From assembly GCA_944332485.1 (NCBI GenBank), contig CALVKB010000001.1, positions 22,924 through 86,923 of the forward strand: a DNA stretch of 64,000 bases. The letters are read 5' to 3'. The notes under the pieces were generated by a model. It ran no database searches, was not told where the DNA came from, and saw only the letters and a list, made by a program, of their open reading frames with translations. Source of the stretch: an uncultured Bacilli bacterium (GTDB lineage Bacteria > Bacillota_I > Bacilli_A > RFN20 > CAG-288). Of this stretch, positions 9,479 to 19,623 are shown one piece after another. The position numbers and the translations under genes were made by a program. Every line of letters begins with the position of its first letter. Positions within the stretch are counted from its first letter, which is position 1.

Positions 9479-11056
9479 ATGATTTATGTGATATTAGGCC
9501 AAACTGCTTCAGGGAAAACTTCTTTAGCTTTGAAACTTGCTAGAGAATTCAATTTGCCATTGATAAATTGTGATGCTTTTCAGTGTTACAAGCAGATGAA
9601 TATCGGAACTGCCAAACCAAAAAAAGAAGAACTTGAAAATGTTGAACATTATTTTATCAATAACGTTGATATAACCGATGCCATCAATGTTAAAAAATTT
9701 CAAGAACAAGGTAGACAACTTATAGATAAACTTACAAAAGAAAATAAAGACATCATCATTTCAGGTGGTACAAGTTTATATATTAGAGCTCTGTTATTCA
9801 ATTATGAATTCCCTGATATTGATAACAAAATATACGATGAATTATCTTTATACCCGTTAGATGAACTTTTAAAAATTTTGGAAGAACTCGATATTGAAAC
9901 ATACAATAACATCGACAAAAACAATAAAAGAAGAGTCGTAACAGCTGTCGCTTTGGCAAAAAATAATTTTTCAAGAGATGATCTTGTGAAAAAATTCAAC
10001 AATAAACCTTTATATCCTTGTTTGTTTTTCAATATTGATGTTGATAAAGAGGATATCAATGAAAAAATTGACTTAAGAGTTGAGACGATGTTTGTTGAAA
10101 ACTTAGTAAATGAAATTGAATATTTGATACAAAATTACGACTACAACAAACTCAACGCTTTTAAAGCCATCGGCTACAAAGAGTTCTTAAATTATATCAA
10201 TGAAGATAAAACAATCGATAAAAGTAAACTTGAACAAATCAAACAAGATATCAAAACACACACTCATCAATATGCTAAAAGACAAAGAACTTTTATAAAA
10301 ACTCAATTTTCCAATGTGAAAAATTTATCACCAGAAATGATATATTCTCGTATTATGATCGATCAAAGTATCAAACAAAGAACTAAATTGATGCTTGATC
10401 AAAAAATATTGAGCCAAATAGAAAATATGCATTTTTTAGTCTGTGGTCTTGGAGGTGTTGGTAGTTTGATACCTGAATATTTAGTAAGATTAGGTGCAAA
10501 AAACATCGATATTTTGGATTTTGACAAAGTTGATTTAACTAATCTAAACCGACAGATAAGTTACAATCTTGATGATGTTGGAAAAGATAAAATAGATGTT
10601 ATAAGTGAAAAACTTGCAAAGATAAATCCTTCAGTTAATATAACTTCACTGAAGATGAAATTAGATAAGTTTAATATGATAGACAAACAGTATGATTTTA
10701 TCTTCGATTGTATTGATTCAATTGAGGGAAAAGCATATTTAACTAAATATTCAATCGATAATAACATCCCAATTATTATAAGTGGCGGTGCTGGTAAAAA
10801 AATAGATTCCACCAAGACAAAAATTGAAAAGATAACAAAATCAAATGACGTTTTGATAAAAAAATATCTTGAATATTTAAAACCTATATTAACAAAAGAT
10901 GATCATCTAAATTCAATATATTGTGTTTGTTCGAATGATACAAATATCAAAACAAAAAATAAAACAATATCTTCAATCCCAACTGTCCCTAACAGTTTCG
11001 GTTTGGCCATGATATCATTTTTACTAAAGAGAATTGTAGGAGGTTTTAATATATGA
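9479..11056 (+). CDS. miaA: Fusion: tRNA dimethylallyltransferase MiaA (N) + TcdA/CsdL-type tRNA threonylcarbamoyladenosine dehydratase (ThiF/E1 fold, C)
   Basis: N-terminus has P-loop GQTASGKTSLA and YAKRQRTF (MiaA). From about residue 300: LVCGLGGVGS...DFDKVDLTNLNRQ...SGGAGKKIDSTK...CVCSND, matching E. coli TcdA (VVGIGGVGS..DMDDVCVTNTNRQ..TGGAGGQIDPT..CVFSTE). Confidence 0.8.
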   Translation: MIYVILGQTASGKTSLALKLAREFNLPLINCDAFQCYKQMNIGTAKPKKEELENVEHYFINNVDITDAINVKKFQEQGRQLIDKLTKENKDIIISGGTSLYIRALLFNYEFPDIDNKIYDELSLYPLDELLKILEELDIETYNNIDKNNKRRVVTAVALAKNNFSRDDLVKKFNNKPLYPCLFFNIDVDKEDINEKIDLRVETMFVENLVNEIEYLIQNYDYNKLNAFKAIGYKEFLNYINEDKTIDKSKLEQIKQDIKTHTHQYAKRQRTFIKTQFSNVKNLSPEMIYSRIMIDQSIKQRTKLMLDQKILSQIENMHFLVCGLGGVGSLIPEYLVRLGAKNIDILDFDKVDLTNLNRQISYNLDDVGKDKIDVISEKLAKINPSVNITSLKMKLDKFNMIDKQYDFIFDCIDSIEGKAYLTKYSIDNNIPIIISGGAGKKIDSTKTKIEKITKSNDVLIKKYLEYLKPILTKDDHLNSIYCVCSNDTNIKTKNKTISSIPTVPNSFGLAMISFLLKRIVGGFNI

Positions 11057-12624
11057 ATATCAAAAGAAAACTTATAAAGGATTTTAATGTTAAAAAAGAA
11101 AGTTTGATCAACTACTACAATGATGAAATTTACAAAATCAATTATAAAATGTACGACGAACTACCTTATAAAGGTAAGCTTATTTTAGTCACAGCCATGA
11201 CACCTACAATCTACGGTGAAGGAAAAACAACCGTTTCTATAGGTTTAGCTGATGCGATGAACTACATAAAAAAGAATGTTCTTTTATCACTTCGTGAACC
11301 TTCTTTAGGTCCGGTATTTGGAACAAAAGGTGGAGCAGCTGGCGGTGGCAAATGCTTACTGATACCTGAGGATAAAATCAATACTAGATTCACTGGCGAT
11401 TTTGATAACGTTGCAACAGTTAACAATTTGATCTCCTCTGTTATCGATAATGAGATGTACTTCAACTCAAGCTTAAATATATCTTCAGAGAGAATAGTTT
11501 TCCATCGTTGCATGGATGTTTGTGATAGATTTTTAAAAGATCTCACTTTCCATATGGATAGGAAAAAATCACCGAATATTGAATACAAATCAAGTTTTGT
11601 CATTACTGCCGCAAGTGAAATAATGGCTATATTTACGCTAAGTCAAGATGAAAACGACTTTAAATCTCGCTTAGAAGATGTTACTGTTGCATTCTCAACT
11701 GACAACAGAAGAATAACCGTTAAAGATTTGAATATAACCAACGCTTTGATGAGTTTGATGAAAGAAACTTTATACCCGAATGTTGTCAAAACAAAATGCA
11801 ACACACTCTCATTAGTTCACGCTGGTCCTTTTGCAAATATCGCCACTGGAACATCAAGTGCAATATCTTTGAAACTCGCATTGAAACTTAGTGATTATGT
11901 TATAACTGAATGTGGATTTGGAGCTGATCTCGGTTTTGAAAAATACATCGATATCGTGTCTCGTAACAATAAGATATATCCTGATTTGACAATACTTGTT
12001 GCAACCATCAAAGCCATCAAATATCACGGCGATGGAAACTTGGAATTAGGTTTTGAAAATGTTAAGAAGAATGTTGAACTAATAAGAAAAACTAACATCG
12101 AACCTATCATTGCCATAAATAAATTCAACGATGATTCTTCTGAAGATATTAAACTCGTACAAAAATTATGTGAAAAGAACAATATCGAATATTCATTTGT
12201 CACATCCTACAAAGATGGTAATAAAGGTGCTGTTGATTTAGCAAATAAAGTTGTAGAAAAATTGCAAAATAAAAAAGAAAACGACATCAAGTTTTTCTAC
12301 AACTTTGAAGATACAATTGAGAATAAAATTTTTGCAATTGCTAAAAATGTCTATGGCTGTAAAGATGTAGAATACAGCCAAAAAGCCTTGGATGATATAA
12401 AAGTTATAAATGAAAATGGTTTGAGTAACTTTGCAATTTGTATGGCTAAAACACCAAACAGTTTCACCGATGATAAGAATGTGAAAAACAGAGGTGACAA
12501 TTCAACACTTCATATACAAAAAATTGAATTTAATTCAGGTTCAAGACTTCTAATTCCATATACTGGTGAGATGATTTTGATGCCCGGTTTATCAAAAGAT
12601 CCATTGATCAAACATTTTAAATAA
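11053..12624 (+). CDS. fhs: Formate--tetrahydrofolate ligase
   Basis: TPTIYGEGKTTVSIGL and REPSLGPVFGTKGGAAGGG are signature Fhs motifs. Confidence 0.95.
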   Translation: MNIKRKLIKDFNVKKESLINYYNDEIYKINYKMYDELPYKGKLILVTAMTPTIYGEGKTTVSIGLADAMNYIKKNVLLSLREPSLGPVFGTKGGAAGGGKCLLIPEDKINTRFTGDFDNVATVNNLISSVIDNEMYFNSSLNISSERIVFHRCMDVCDRFLKDLTFHMDRKKSPNIEYKSSFVITAASEIMAIFTLSQDENDFKSRLEDVTVAFSTDNRRITVKDLNITNALMSLMKETLYPNVVKTKCNTLSLVHAGPFANIATGTSSAISLKLALKLSDYVITECGFGADLGFEKYIDIVSRNNKIYPDLTILVATIKAIKYHGDGNLELGFENVKKNVELIRKTNIEPIIAINKFNDDSSEDIKLVQKLCEKNNIEYSFVTSYKDGNKGAVDLANKVVEKLQNKKENDIKFFYNFEDTIENKIFAIAKNVYGCKDVEYSQKALDDIKVINENGLSNFAICMAKTPNSFTDDKNVKNRGDNSTLHIQKIEFNSGSRLLIPYTGEMILMPGLSKDPLIKHFK

Positions 12625-12667
12625 TTTAACTTTAATTTAAACAAAACAATAATATAAAATAATAGTA

Positions 12668-13504
12668 ATGATTCAGTTATTAGGTAAAGATTTAAGAAAA
12701 AAAGATATCGCAGAATTGAAAGACAAGGCTAGCAAAAATGTTAACCTAACTTTTTATTTGGTTTATGACCCATCGTTCAACGAATCCTGTTCATACGTAA
12801 ATTCAATTATTAAAACACTCGATAAAGTGGGTTGGCAACATGTCACTTACAAACTTACAAAATCATACAGAGATTATGGTGCTTTAAATAAGATTCGCTC
12901 CATAAAAGATTCGATGGTCATTTTAGCAAGACCAGTTCTTTTTGATGAAGAAACTTTGATCTCTTTGATCGATTATAGAAGTGATCCAGATATGTTGACT
13001 GATTTCAACAAAGGAAAACTTTACTCTGGCAATTTGAACTATCTTCCAGCAACAGCCATGTCTGTTAGAAGGCTTGTTGAATATTACAACATCGATTGTA
13101 AAGGAAAGAAAGTTTTGGTTATCGGAAGAAGCATCTCAGTTGGTTTACCTATATTCATGTATTTTCAAAGAAAGAATGCAACATGTACATTAGCTCATTC
13201 CAAAACCGAGAAGATTGATTTGAATAAAGCTATCATCGAGTCAGATATAATTGTTTTGGCAACCGGTAAACAAGGTTTGATCGATAGAAAATTTTTGAAC
13301 AATAAACAGATAATAATAGATTGTGGTTATCATTCAAATGGCACTGGTGATTTAGGGTTTGTTCCAAATGATAATGAACTTTATGCTTACACTCCAGTCC
13401 CAGGAGGCGTTGGACCACTAACTATTACAAGTTTGTTGAAAAATGCCTTGTTATTACATACTCTTTACAAAAATTCAAAAGAGAAAGAATTGAACAATTT
13501 TTAA
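12668..13504 (+). CDS. folD: Bifunctional methylenetetrahydrofolate dehydrogenase/cyclohydrolase
   Basis: VLVIGRSISVGLP...CTLAHSKT...PVPGGVGPLTI; conserved FolD motifs. Confidence 0.9.
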   Translation: MIQLLGKDLRKKDIAELKDKASKNVNLTFYLVYDPSFNESCSYVNSIIKTLDKVGWQHVTYKLTKSYRDYGALNKIRSIKDSMVILARPVLFDEETLISLIDYRSDPDMLTDFNKGKLYSGNLNYLPATAMSVRRLVEYYNIDCKGKKVLVIGRSISVGLPIFMYFQRKNATCTLAHSKTEKIDLNKAIIESDIIVLATGKQGLIDRKFLNNKQIIIDCGYHSNGTGDLGFVPNDNELYAYTPVPGGVGPLTITSLLKNALLLHTLYKNSKEKELNNF

Positions 13505-13549
13505 TTAAGCAACCGTCGATACTTATATAAAGTAAGGAGGTTGCTTTTT

Positions 13550-15460
13550 TTGATATCTGTAAACAATTTAAGTTTCTCCTACTACGATGATAAAAATAAA
13601 GATAAATATATCCTTGAAAATGTAAATTTAAGTATCAAAGAGAATGGTTTATATTTCATCATGGGTAAATCTGGATGTGGTAAGTCAACCCTTCTCAATC
13701 TTTTATCCGGCTTTTTAAAACCTATTACTGGTTCTATCTTTATAGAAAACAACACAAACATAGGTTTATTTTTTCAGGATTACAAATTATTTGATTTTTT
13801 AAATGTTGAGCAAAATATCTCATTCCCGTTAATTTTGAAAGGAATTTCAAAGAAGAAAACAAACAAAATAACAAATTCTTTATTGAAAAAATTCAACTTA
13901 TCGCATCTTAAAAAGAAGAGTGTTGGAAAACTTTCTGGTGGTGAGAAAGCAAGAGTTGCTTTACTAAGGATGATAAATTGTGAAACTGACATCTATTTGA
14001 TAGATGAAGCCACTGGTGAATTAGATACTCAAAATGGTGAATTCATTATGAGAACAATAAAAGAACTGAGTAAAGATAAAATAATAATCTTTGTCACACA
14101 TAACAAACAATTAGCCTATAAATACGGTGACCATATTTTCACTGTGGAAAATAAAACACTCAAAGGTGAGATTAATGCAATAACATTTACAAGAAAAACA
14201 GAAGTTATAAAGAAAAGAAAGCATAAAATCATAAACTTTTTTCAATCGATATTCTTCAATTTATGCATGATAAAAAATCGTTTGATTAGAATAATATTCT
14301 CATCTTTTTTTGTTGGCCTTTCTTTTGCTATTTTATCTATAACATTGTTTCTTAAGTTATCTTCTAATGATTTTTCTAAAAATATCTATAACAATTTTCC
14401 AAATAGCAACATTGCAACAATATATAAAACAGAAACTAAAAATTTAACTAATCAAGTGACAATTGAAGAAACTAACACACTATCAGAAAATGAGAAAAAC
14501 GAAATAAAAAATAAATATAATGATGTTCATTTTTATGAGGATTTAACTATCTTTCTACCAAAACAAATAACAGTCTTGTACAAAGACGAATATGTCAATA
14601 TAAACTTGCTCCCAATTATTAGTAAACAAGACGATTTAAGATTTGTAAAAGCTAACAAGTTGTTTTATAAAACTTTCAATGATGATATCAAACTTGTTAA
14701 AGCAGAATTTTCCAAAAAATTTGTGTATTTGGAAGAGGAATATATATTTAACTTCAATTACACATTTGAAGTTGATGGTTATTTTGATGATATCCCTTTA
14801 TTAAATATACCGACCATTTATTACAACTACAACTTGATGAAAAATTATCTATACAATCAAAATATAGATGATGATTCGAATATAAAAATTCAAGATGTTT
14901 TGAATGACTATAATTTCAAAAAGAATTACATAAATCAGGAATTGATCATCTCAGAAAATTTATATATGATAAAAAATGAGAATATAAATGACAATATAAC
15001 AATAAATTCATATCCATTTACAATCGCAGAATCGTTCGATGATTTAATAAATTCTATAACAAGTTTGATTTCGATATTTTTAATTGTAGTTTTAATCATC
15101 ACATTCTTTTTAGAATACATCAGTATATTTTTCCTATATGAGGAGAACAAAAATTATTATGCAATTGTTCTAGCATATGATAGTAACGAAAAAAGTTATA
15201 AAAGAATCCTATTAAATTTAGTTTATATATTCTTCGGTATATCAACTGTTTTTTATTCATCTTTGTTTTTGATATTCAACAAAATATTAAATTCAATCCT
15301 TTTTAAAATAGATTTATCAAATTTCATTTTTTTCAAATTTGATGTGTTGATTTTTTCAATTTGCACAGTTTTAATTTTCATTTTTTCCATGATTGCCAGC
15401 TATTTCTCATATAAGAAAATCAACAAATCTGAATTGTTATTATCATTGAGAAAGGAGTGA
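13550..15460 (+). CDS. Fused ABC transporter ATPase + FtsX/MacB-type permease
   Basis: Walker A GKSGCGKST, signature LSGGEKARV, Walker B IYLIDEAT; then TM1, a roughly 230-aa extracytoplasmic domain and three C-terminal TMs. AAGGAGG at 13534-13540 sits best before the in-frame TTG at 13550. The ORF-track start at 13541 directly abuts the SD. Confidence 0.75.
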   Translation: MISVNNLSFSYYDDKNKDKYILENVNLSIKENGLYFIMGKSGCGKSTLLNLLSGFLKPITGSIFIENNTNIGLFFQDYKLFDFLNVEQNISFPLILKGISKKKTNKITNSLLKKFNLSHLKKKSVGKLSGGEKARVALLRMINCETDIYLIDEATGELDTQNGEFIMRTIKELSKDKIIIFVTHNKQLAYKYGDHIFTVENKTLKGEINAITFTRKTEVIKKRKHKIINFFQSIFFNLCMIKNRLIRIIFSSFFVGLSFAILSITLFLKLSSNDFSKNIYNNFPNSNIATIYKTETKNLTNQVTIEETNTLSENEKNEIKNKYNDVHFYEDLTIFLPKQITVLYKDEYVNINLLPIISKQDDLRFVKANKLFYKTFNDDIKLVKAEFSKKFVYLEEEYIFNFNYTFEVDGYFDDIPLLNIPTIYYNYNLMKNYLYNQNIDDDSNIKIQDVLNDYNFKKNYINQELIISENLYMIKNENINDNITINSYPFTIAESFDDLINSITSLISIFLIVVLIITFFLEYISIFFLYEENKNYYAIVLAYDSNEKSYKRILLNLVYIFFGISTVFYSSLFLIFNKILNSILFKIDLSNFIFFKFDVLIFSICTVLIFIFSMIASYFSYKKINKSELLLSLRKE

Positions 15461-15461
15461 T

Positions 15462-18245
15462 ATGTTAGAAGCTAAGAATTTGTATAAAATGTATAAAAAT
15501 CAAGATAAATATGCAATAAACAACTTTAATTTTACTTTTGAAAATTGTGGTTTATATTACATTATTGGAGAATCCGGTAGTGGCAAATCAACCCTTTTGA
15601 AAATTCTCGGAGGTATGGATAATGAATATAGAGGATCAGTATTTTTCAATAAGAAAAATTTGAAAAATTTATCTTTTGACGAGCTCACAAATTACCGTTT
15701 TGAATATGTTGGTTTCTCTTTTCAAGATAGCTACATATCCAATAAGGAAACTGTATATGAAGACTTATGCAAAGTATTAGCAATAACAACATATGAAGAT
15801 AGCGAAAAGAATAATCTTATCAATGATGCATTGAAAAAAGTTAATCTTCTTGAGAAGAAGAATGAGATTGGAAATAATCTATCTGGCGGTGAGAGAAAAA
15901 GAGTTTCTTTAGCAAAAGCTATTGTTAAAAATCCAAGTGTCTTATTCGTTGATGAACCAACTGGAAATTTAGACGATAAAACATCTATGTTAATAATAAA
16001 TCTACTTAAAGAGTTATCTAAAAACACATTAGTTATTGTAATTACACATGATGAAAGTTTGATAAAAAATCAAAAATATCTAAGAATTTCAAACGGATGT
16101 TTAGTTGAAACAAATATCAAAAATAAAATTTCAACTTTTGATAATGTTGTTTCTAAATTAAAAAGAAAAAAATTGAGTTTTACTAAAACTTTTAAAATGA
16201 TCATAAGTTCTATAAAATCATCTATAAAACTAATTTTCTTCTCAATCGTCTCACTGAATATTTCTTTGACAATATTCGCATTTATTTTCATTCTGACAAA
16301 TGGAGTTAAAGTTGGTTTGATGAACTCGATTGGAAGTTTGATTGACACATCAAGTATAGTTATGCAACAAAAAACTATAACAGCAAATAAAATTGATGAA
16401 CCATTGAATGAAGAGAACATAAAATTTGTTAAAAGTCACTTAGCGAATGAACTAATTGACCAACAGACAATCTATAAAACTGATGTGGACAGATTGTTCA
16501 ACTATAATTCAAAATTTTATCTCAAATCAAAACAAAAAAAATACGAATTAAAAAGATTAAATTTGAACTGTTTTTCAAATTATCACTTAATTTCAGAATT
16601 TAATAATTCACAGTTTCTTCCTACTTTATCTGATTATACTTTGACATATGATGAAGTAGGTCTTGGTATCACGATGAATGAATTAGCAGCGATTATGACT
16701 TTATACAAATTGGATAGCATCAACGAATTTGAACAATTCATACAAGATGAAAAAATCTATTTAAATATGGAAATAATAAATCAAGATTGGTCATATCGAT
16801 TTGTTGATTATGCCCCTAGAATTAAATTTGTAATGATTTCTGATACTCCTATGATCATCCATTCTTTATATAACTACAACGAACAATTCTATGAATCAAA
16901 AGATGGTCTACAACTAATTGGAAAATTAAAAGCTGAAGAATCTGATAAACCATGGACGTTGATAAAAGAATATGGTGTGAAAGTTAAAAAGGAAAATGCT
17001 ATAGATTTTTTTATTCACTTCAAACAAGAAAAAGAACTTGATAAATACGATATTGTAATAAACAATTTTGATACAACAACAGAAGTTTTTTCTTTGAAAA
17101 TAATTTATAAATATTATGATAATATTAATATCTCATTTTTAGAAAACTTAGTAGAAGAACAAAACAACATTGATTATTTTGATCTTTCAAACAACGTCTA
17201 CAGTTACATTGATAATGGACTGAATGCTGGCTTTAAGAAAAATATCTTCATCTCTTCAGATTTATCTAAACTTAATAATATTGAAGATGATTACAGTAAA
17301 ACAGAATACAACTTCAATGAGCAAACAAATTTAAATATAGTTGTTTCCAAAAATGTCATCAAAGGAAATTTGAATTCTTCTTTTGATAGTGAGACTTTAT
17401 ATTTTAAAAATATCAAATCAATACAATCTTTCACAAAATTAAAATCAGATGAAATAATCGTCTCATCAAAATTATATAGAACACTTTTCAACGAGGAATT
17501 TAAAGATGTTCCAAAGAAAATTAATGTCATGTTTTTAGCAAATGTTGAATACGATGAAAACAACAAAATTTACAAAAACACATTTACAAAATTCGATTTA
17601 AAAATTGTAGATGTCGTGAATGATGAGAAAACTCAATCTATATATCAAGATGCTATGTTTTGTTCAGCCATCGGATTTTTATATGGTAAATCAAATACAG
17701 AAGATTTATTATTTTCAAATGTCACTTTCAAAATAAAAGAAAAAGCTAAAATTAAAGAAACAATGAATGAATTGAGAGAAAAATATAGTGAATATTACTT
17801 TGACATACCTTTAGTTAAGATGAAAGAGGAAATTGACAAAACAATCGACAATATATGTTACTTCTTACTTGTTTTTTCGGTTATTTGTGTGGTCATCTCT
17901 TTTGCATTACTTTATCTGTCATTTTTCTTGATTATCAAAAAAGAAGATAAAAAAATAAAAGAATTGACGATCCTTGGTTACAGGAAAAAGGAAATTTTCA
18001 AATATTACTCTATATACCTTTTCTTTGTTTGTTTAATAACTGTGATCTTTTCCACCATAACAACTACAATAGCAAATTTTATTGTTATTAAAGAGATAAA
18101 AAACATGTTCAACACAACAATACCGACAACATACATTTCATATTTGGTGATTTTTGTTTTGATAATTTTCATTTATTTATTGTGCTGTTTATTCATAAAA
18201 ATCAGGCTTGAAAGGAAAAAATTAGAAAAAATCATGCTAAATTAA
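15462..18245 (+). CDS. Fused ABC transporter ATPase + FtsX/MacB-type permease with large (about 500 aa) extracytoplasmic domain
   Basis: GESGSGKST, LSGGERKRV, LFVDEPT; C-terminal FtsX-like TM bundle. The start overlaps the upstream stop (GTGATATG), suggesting translational coupling. Confidence 0.8.
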   Translation: MLEAKNLYKMYKNQDKYAINNFNFTFENCGLYYIIGESGSGKSTLLKILGGMDNEYRGSVFFNKKNLKNLSFDELTNYRFEYVGFSFQDSYISNKETVYEDLCKVLAITTYEDSEKNNLINDALKKVNLLEKKNEIGNNLSGGERKRVSLAKAIVKNPSVLFVDEPTGNLDDKTSMLIINLLKELSKNTLVIVITHDESLIKNQKYLRISNGCLVETNIKNKISTFDNVVSKLKRKKLSFTKTFKMIISSIKSSIKLIFFSIVSLNISLTIFAFIFILTNGVKVGLMNSIGSLIDTSSIVMQQKTITANKIDEPLNEENIKFVKSHLANELIDQQTIYKTDVDRLFNYNSKFYLKSKQKKYELKRLNLNCFSNYHLISEFNNSQFLPTLSDYTLTYDEVGLGITMNELAAIMTLYKLDSINEFEQFIQDEKIYLNMEIINQDWSYRFVDYAPRIKFVMISDTPMIIHSLYNYNEQFYESKDGLQLIGKLKAEESDKPWTLIKEYGVKVKKENAIDFFIHFKQEKELDKYDIVINNFDTTTEVFSLKIIYKYYDNINISFLENLVEEQNNIDYFDLSNNVYSYIDNGLNAGFKKNIFISSDLSKLNNIEDDYSKTEYNFNEQTNLNIVVSKNVIKGNLNSSFDSETLYFKNIKSIQSFTKLKSDEIIVSSKLYRTLFNEEFKDVPKKINVMFLANVEYDENNKIYKNTFTKFDLKIVDVVNDEKTQSIYQDAMFCSAIGFLYGKSNTEDLLFSNVTFKIKEKAKIKETMNELREKYSEYYFDIPLVKMKEEIDKTIDNICYFLLVFSVICVVISFALLYLSFFLIIKKEDKKIKELTILGYRKKEIFKYYSIYLFFVCLITVIFSTITTTIANFIVIKEIKNMFNTTIPTTYISYLVIFVLIIFIYLLCCLFIKIRLERKKLEKIMLN

Positions 18246-18305
18246 GGGAAAGTATTAATAAATATTTAAGATATTTATATAATATAAAAGTTTTGGAGGT
18301 CTTTT

Positions 18306-18509
18306 ATGAAAGGACGCGTGAAAGTTTTTAAAAAACAAAATGGATTTGGTTTTATCCATGCCGAAGATGGTTTGGATTATTTTTTCCATTATTCTGATAT
18401 ACAAAAAGAAGGTTATAAAACTTGTAATGAAGAAGACATGGTCGAGTTTGAACCTACCAGCACTGAAAAAGGTCTTAAGGCTAGCAAAATAACAATTTTG
18501 GAAGATTGA
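18306..18509 (+). CDS. Cold-shock protein (CspA family)
   Basis: RGKVKVFKKQNGFGFI cold-shock domain RNP motifs; 67 aa. Confidence 0.9.
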   Translation: MKGRVKVFKKQNGFGFIHAEDGLDYFFHYSDIQKEGYKTCNEEDMVEFEPTSTEKGLKASKITILED

Positions 18510-18513
18510 TAAT

Positions 18514-19623
18514 ATGGGACTTAAAGCAGGTATTGTTGGTTTACCCAATGTCGGCAAATCAACTTTGTTCAACGCCATCACCAAAAGTCACGCTTTGATG
18601 GAAAATTATCCATTTGCAACAATAGAACCTAACACTGGTGTTGTGATGTTGAACGACAAAAGATTTGATCGTTTATGTGAAATTTTCAAACCAAAAAGCA
18701 AAGTCAAAGCAACTTTTGAATTCACAGATATCGCAGGTTTAGTAAAAGGAGCTTCCAACGGTCAAGGTCTTGGTAACAAATTTTTAGATCATATAAGACA
18801 AGTTGATGCCATCATTCATGTTGTTCGTTGTTTCAAAAACGATGATATCATCCATGTTGAAAATTCAATAGATGCCATAAGAGATATCGAAGTTATAAAC
18901 ATGGAATTGATAATGGCGGACTATGATGTTTGTAAGAAAAGATACGATAAAGTTTTTCCAAAAGCAAAATCCAGCAAAGATAAAGATTCATTGTTTGAAA
19001 TTCAAGTTTTAGAAAAAGTTATTAAATTGCTTGAAGAAGGCAACATGCTTAAGGATTGTAACTTAGCCTATGATGAACTAAAAGTACTTTCAATTTTGAA
19101 TTTATTAACACTAAAACCCACTATTTATGTTGGGAATGTTTCTGAGAAAGAATATTCAAATCCATCGATAAGTGAGGAATTTTTAAAAGTTTCAGATTAT
19201 GCAAAAAAACACGATTCAGAATGTATCCCTATTTGTGCACAAACTGAGTGTGAACTTGCTTCCTTATCGGATGAGGAGAAAAAAGACTTTTTAAGCATGC
19301 TCAATATCACTATGTCTGGTTTGGATCAGATAACTTTAAGTGCTTATCACCTTTTAAATTTAAAAACATTTTTCACAACTGGAGCTGATGAAGTTAGAGC
19401 TTGGACTTTCAAAAATGGTATGACTGCACCAAACTGTGCTGGAATAATTCATTCAGACTTAGAAAAAGGCTTCATCAAAGCTGAAGTATACAAATATGAA
19501 GATATCGACAAATTCGGTAGCGAAGCTGAACTTAAAAGTCATGGTAAAATAGAAACTGTCGGAAAGGATTACTTGGTACAAGATGGCGATTGTCTTTATA
19601 TCAGGTTCAATGTTACAAAATGA
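18514..19623 (+). CDS. ychF: Ribosome-binding ATPase YchF
   Basis: GIVGLPNVGKSTLFNA and a TGS-like C-terminus ...YLVQDGDCLYIRFNV; ends with TGA. Confidence 0.95.
   Translation: MGLKAGIVGLPNVGKSTLFNAITKSHALMENYPFATIEPNTGVVMLNDKRFDRLCEIFKPKSKVKATFEFTDIAGLVKGASNGQGLGNKFLDHIRQVDAIIHVVRCFKNDDIIHVENSIDAIRDIEVINMELIMADYDVCKKRYDKVFPKAKSSKDKDSLFEIQVLEKVIKLLEEGNMLKDCNLAYDELKVLSILNLLTLKPTIYVGNVSEKEYSNPSISEEFLKVSDYAKKHDSECIPICAQTECELASLSDEEKKDFLSMLNITMSGLDQITLSAYHLLNLKTFFTTGADEVRAWTFKNGMTAPNCAGIIHSDLEKGFIKAEVYKYEDIDKFGSEAELKSHGKIETVGKDYLVQDGDCLYIRFNVTK

Noticed and set aside
13541-13549. Track-predicted TTG start of the first ABC gene
   Set aside because: It directly abuts the AAGGAGG SD with zero spacing. 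The in-frame TTG at 13550, with 9-nt spacing, is more plausible.
18255-18584. 109-aa minus-strand ORF
   Set aside because: It is antisense to the cspA-family and ychF genes, which have clear motifs. A spurious AT-rich ORF.
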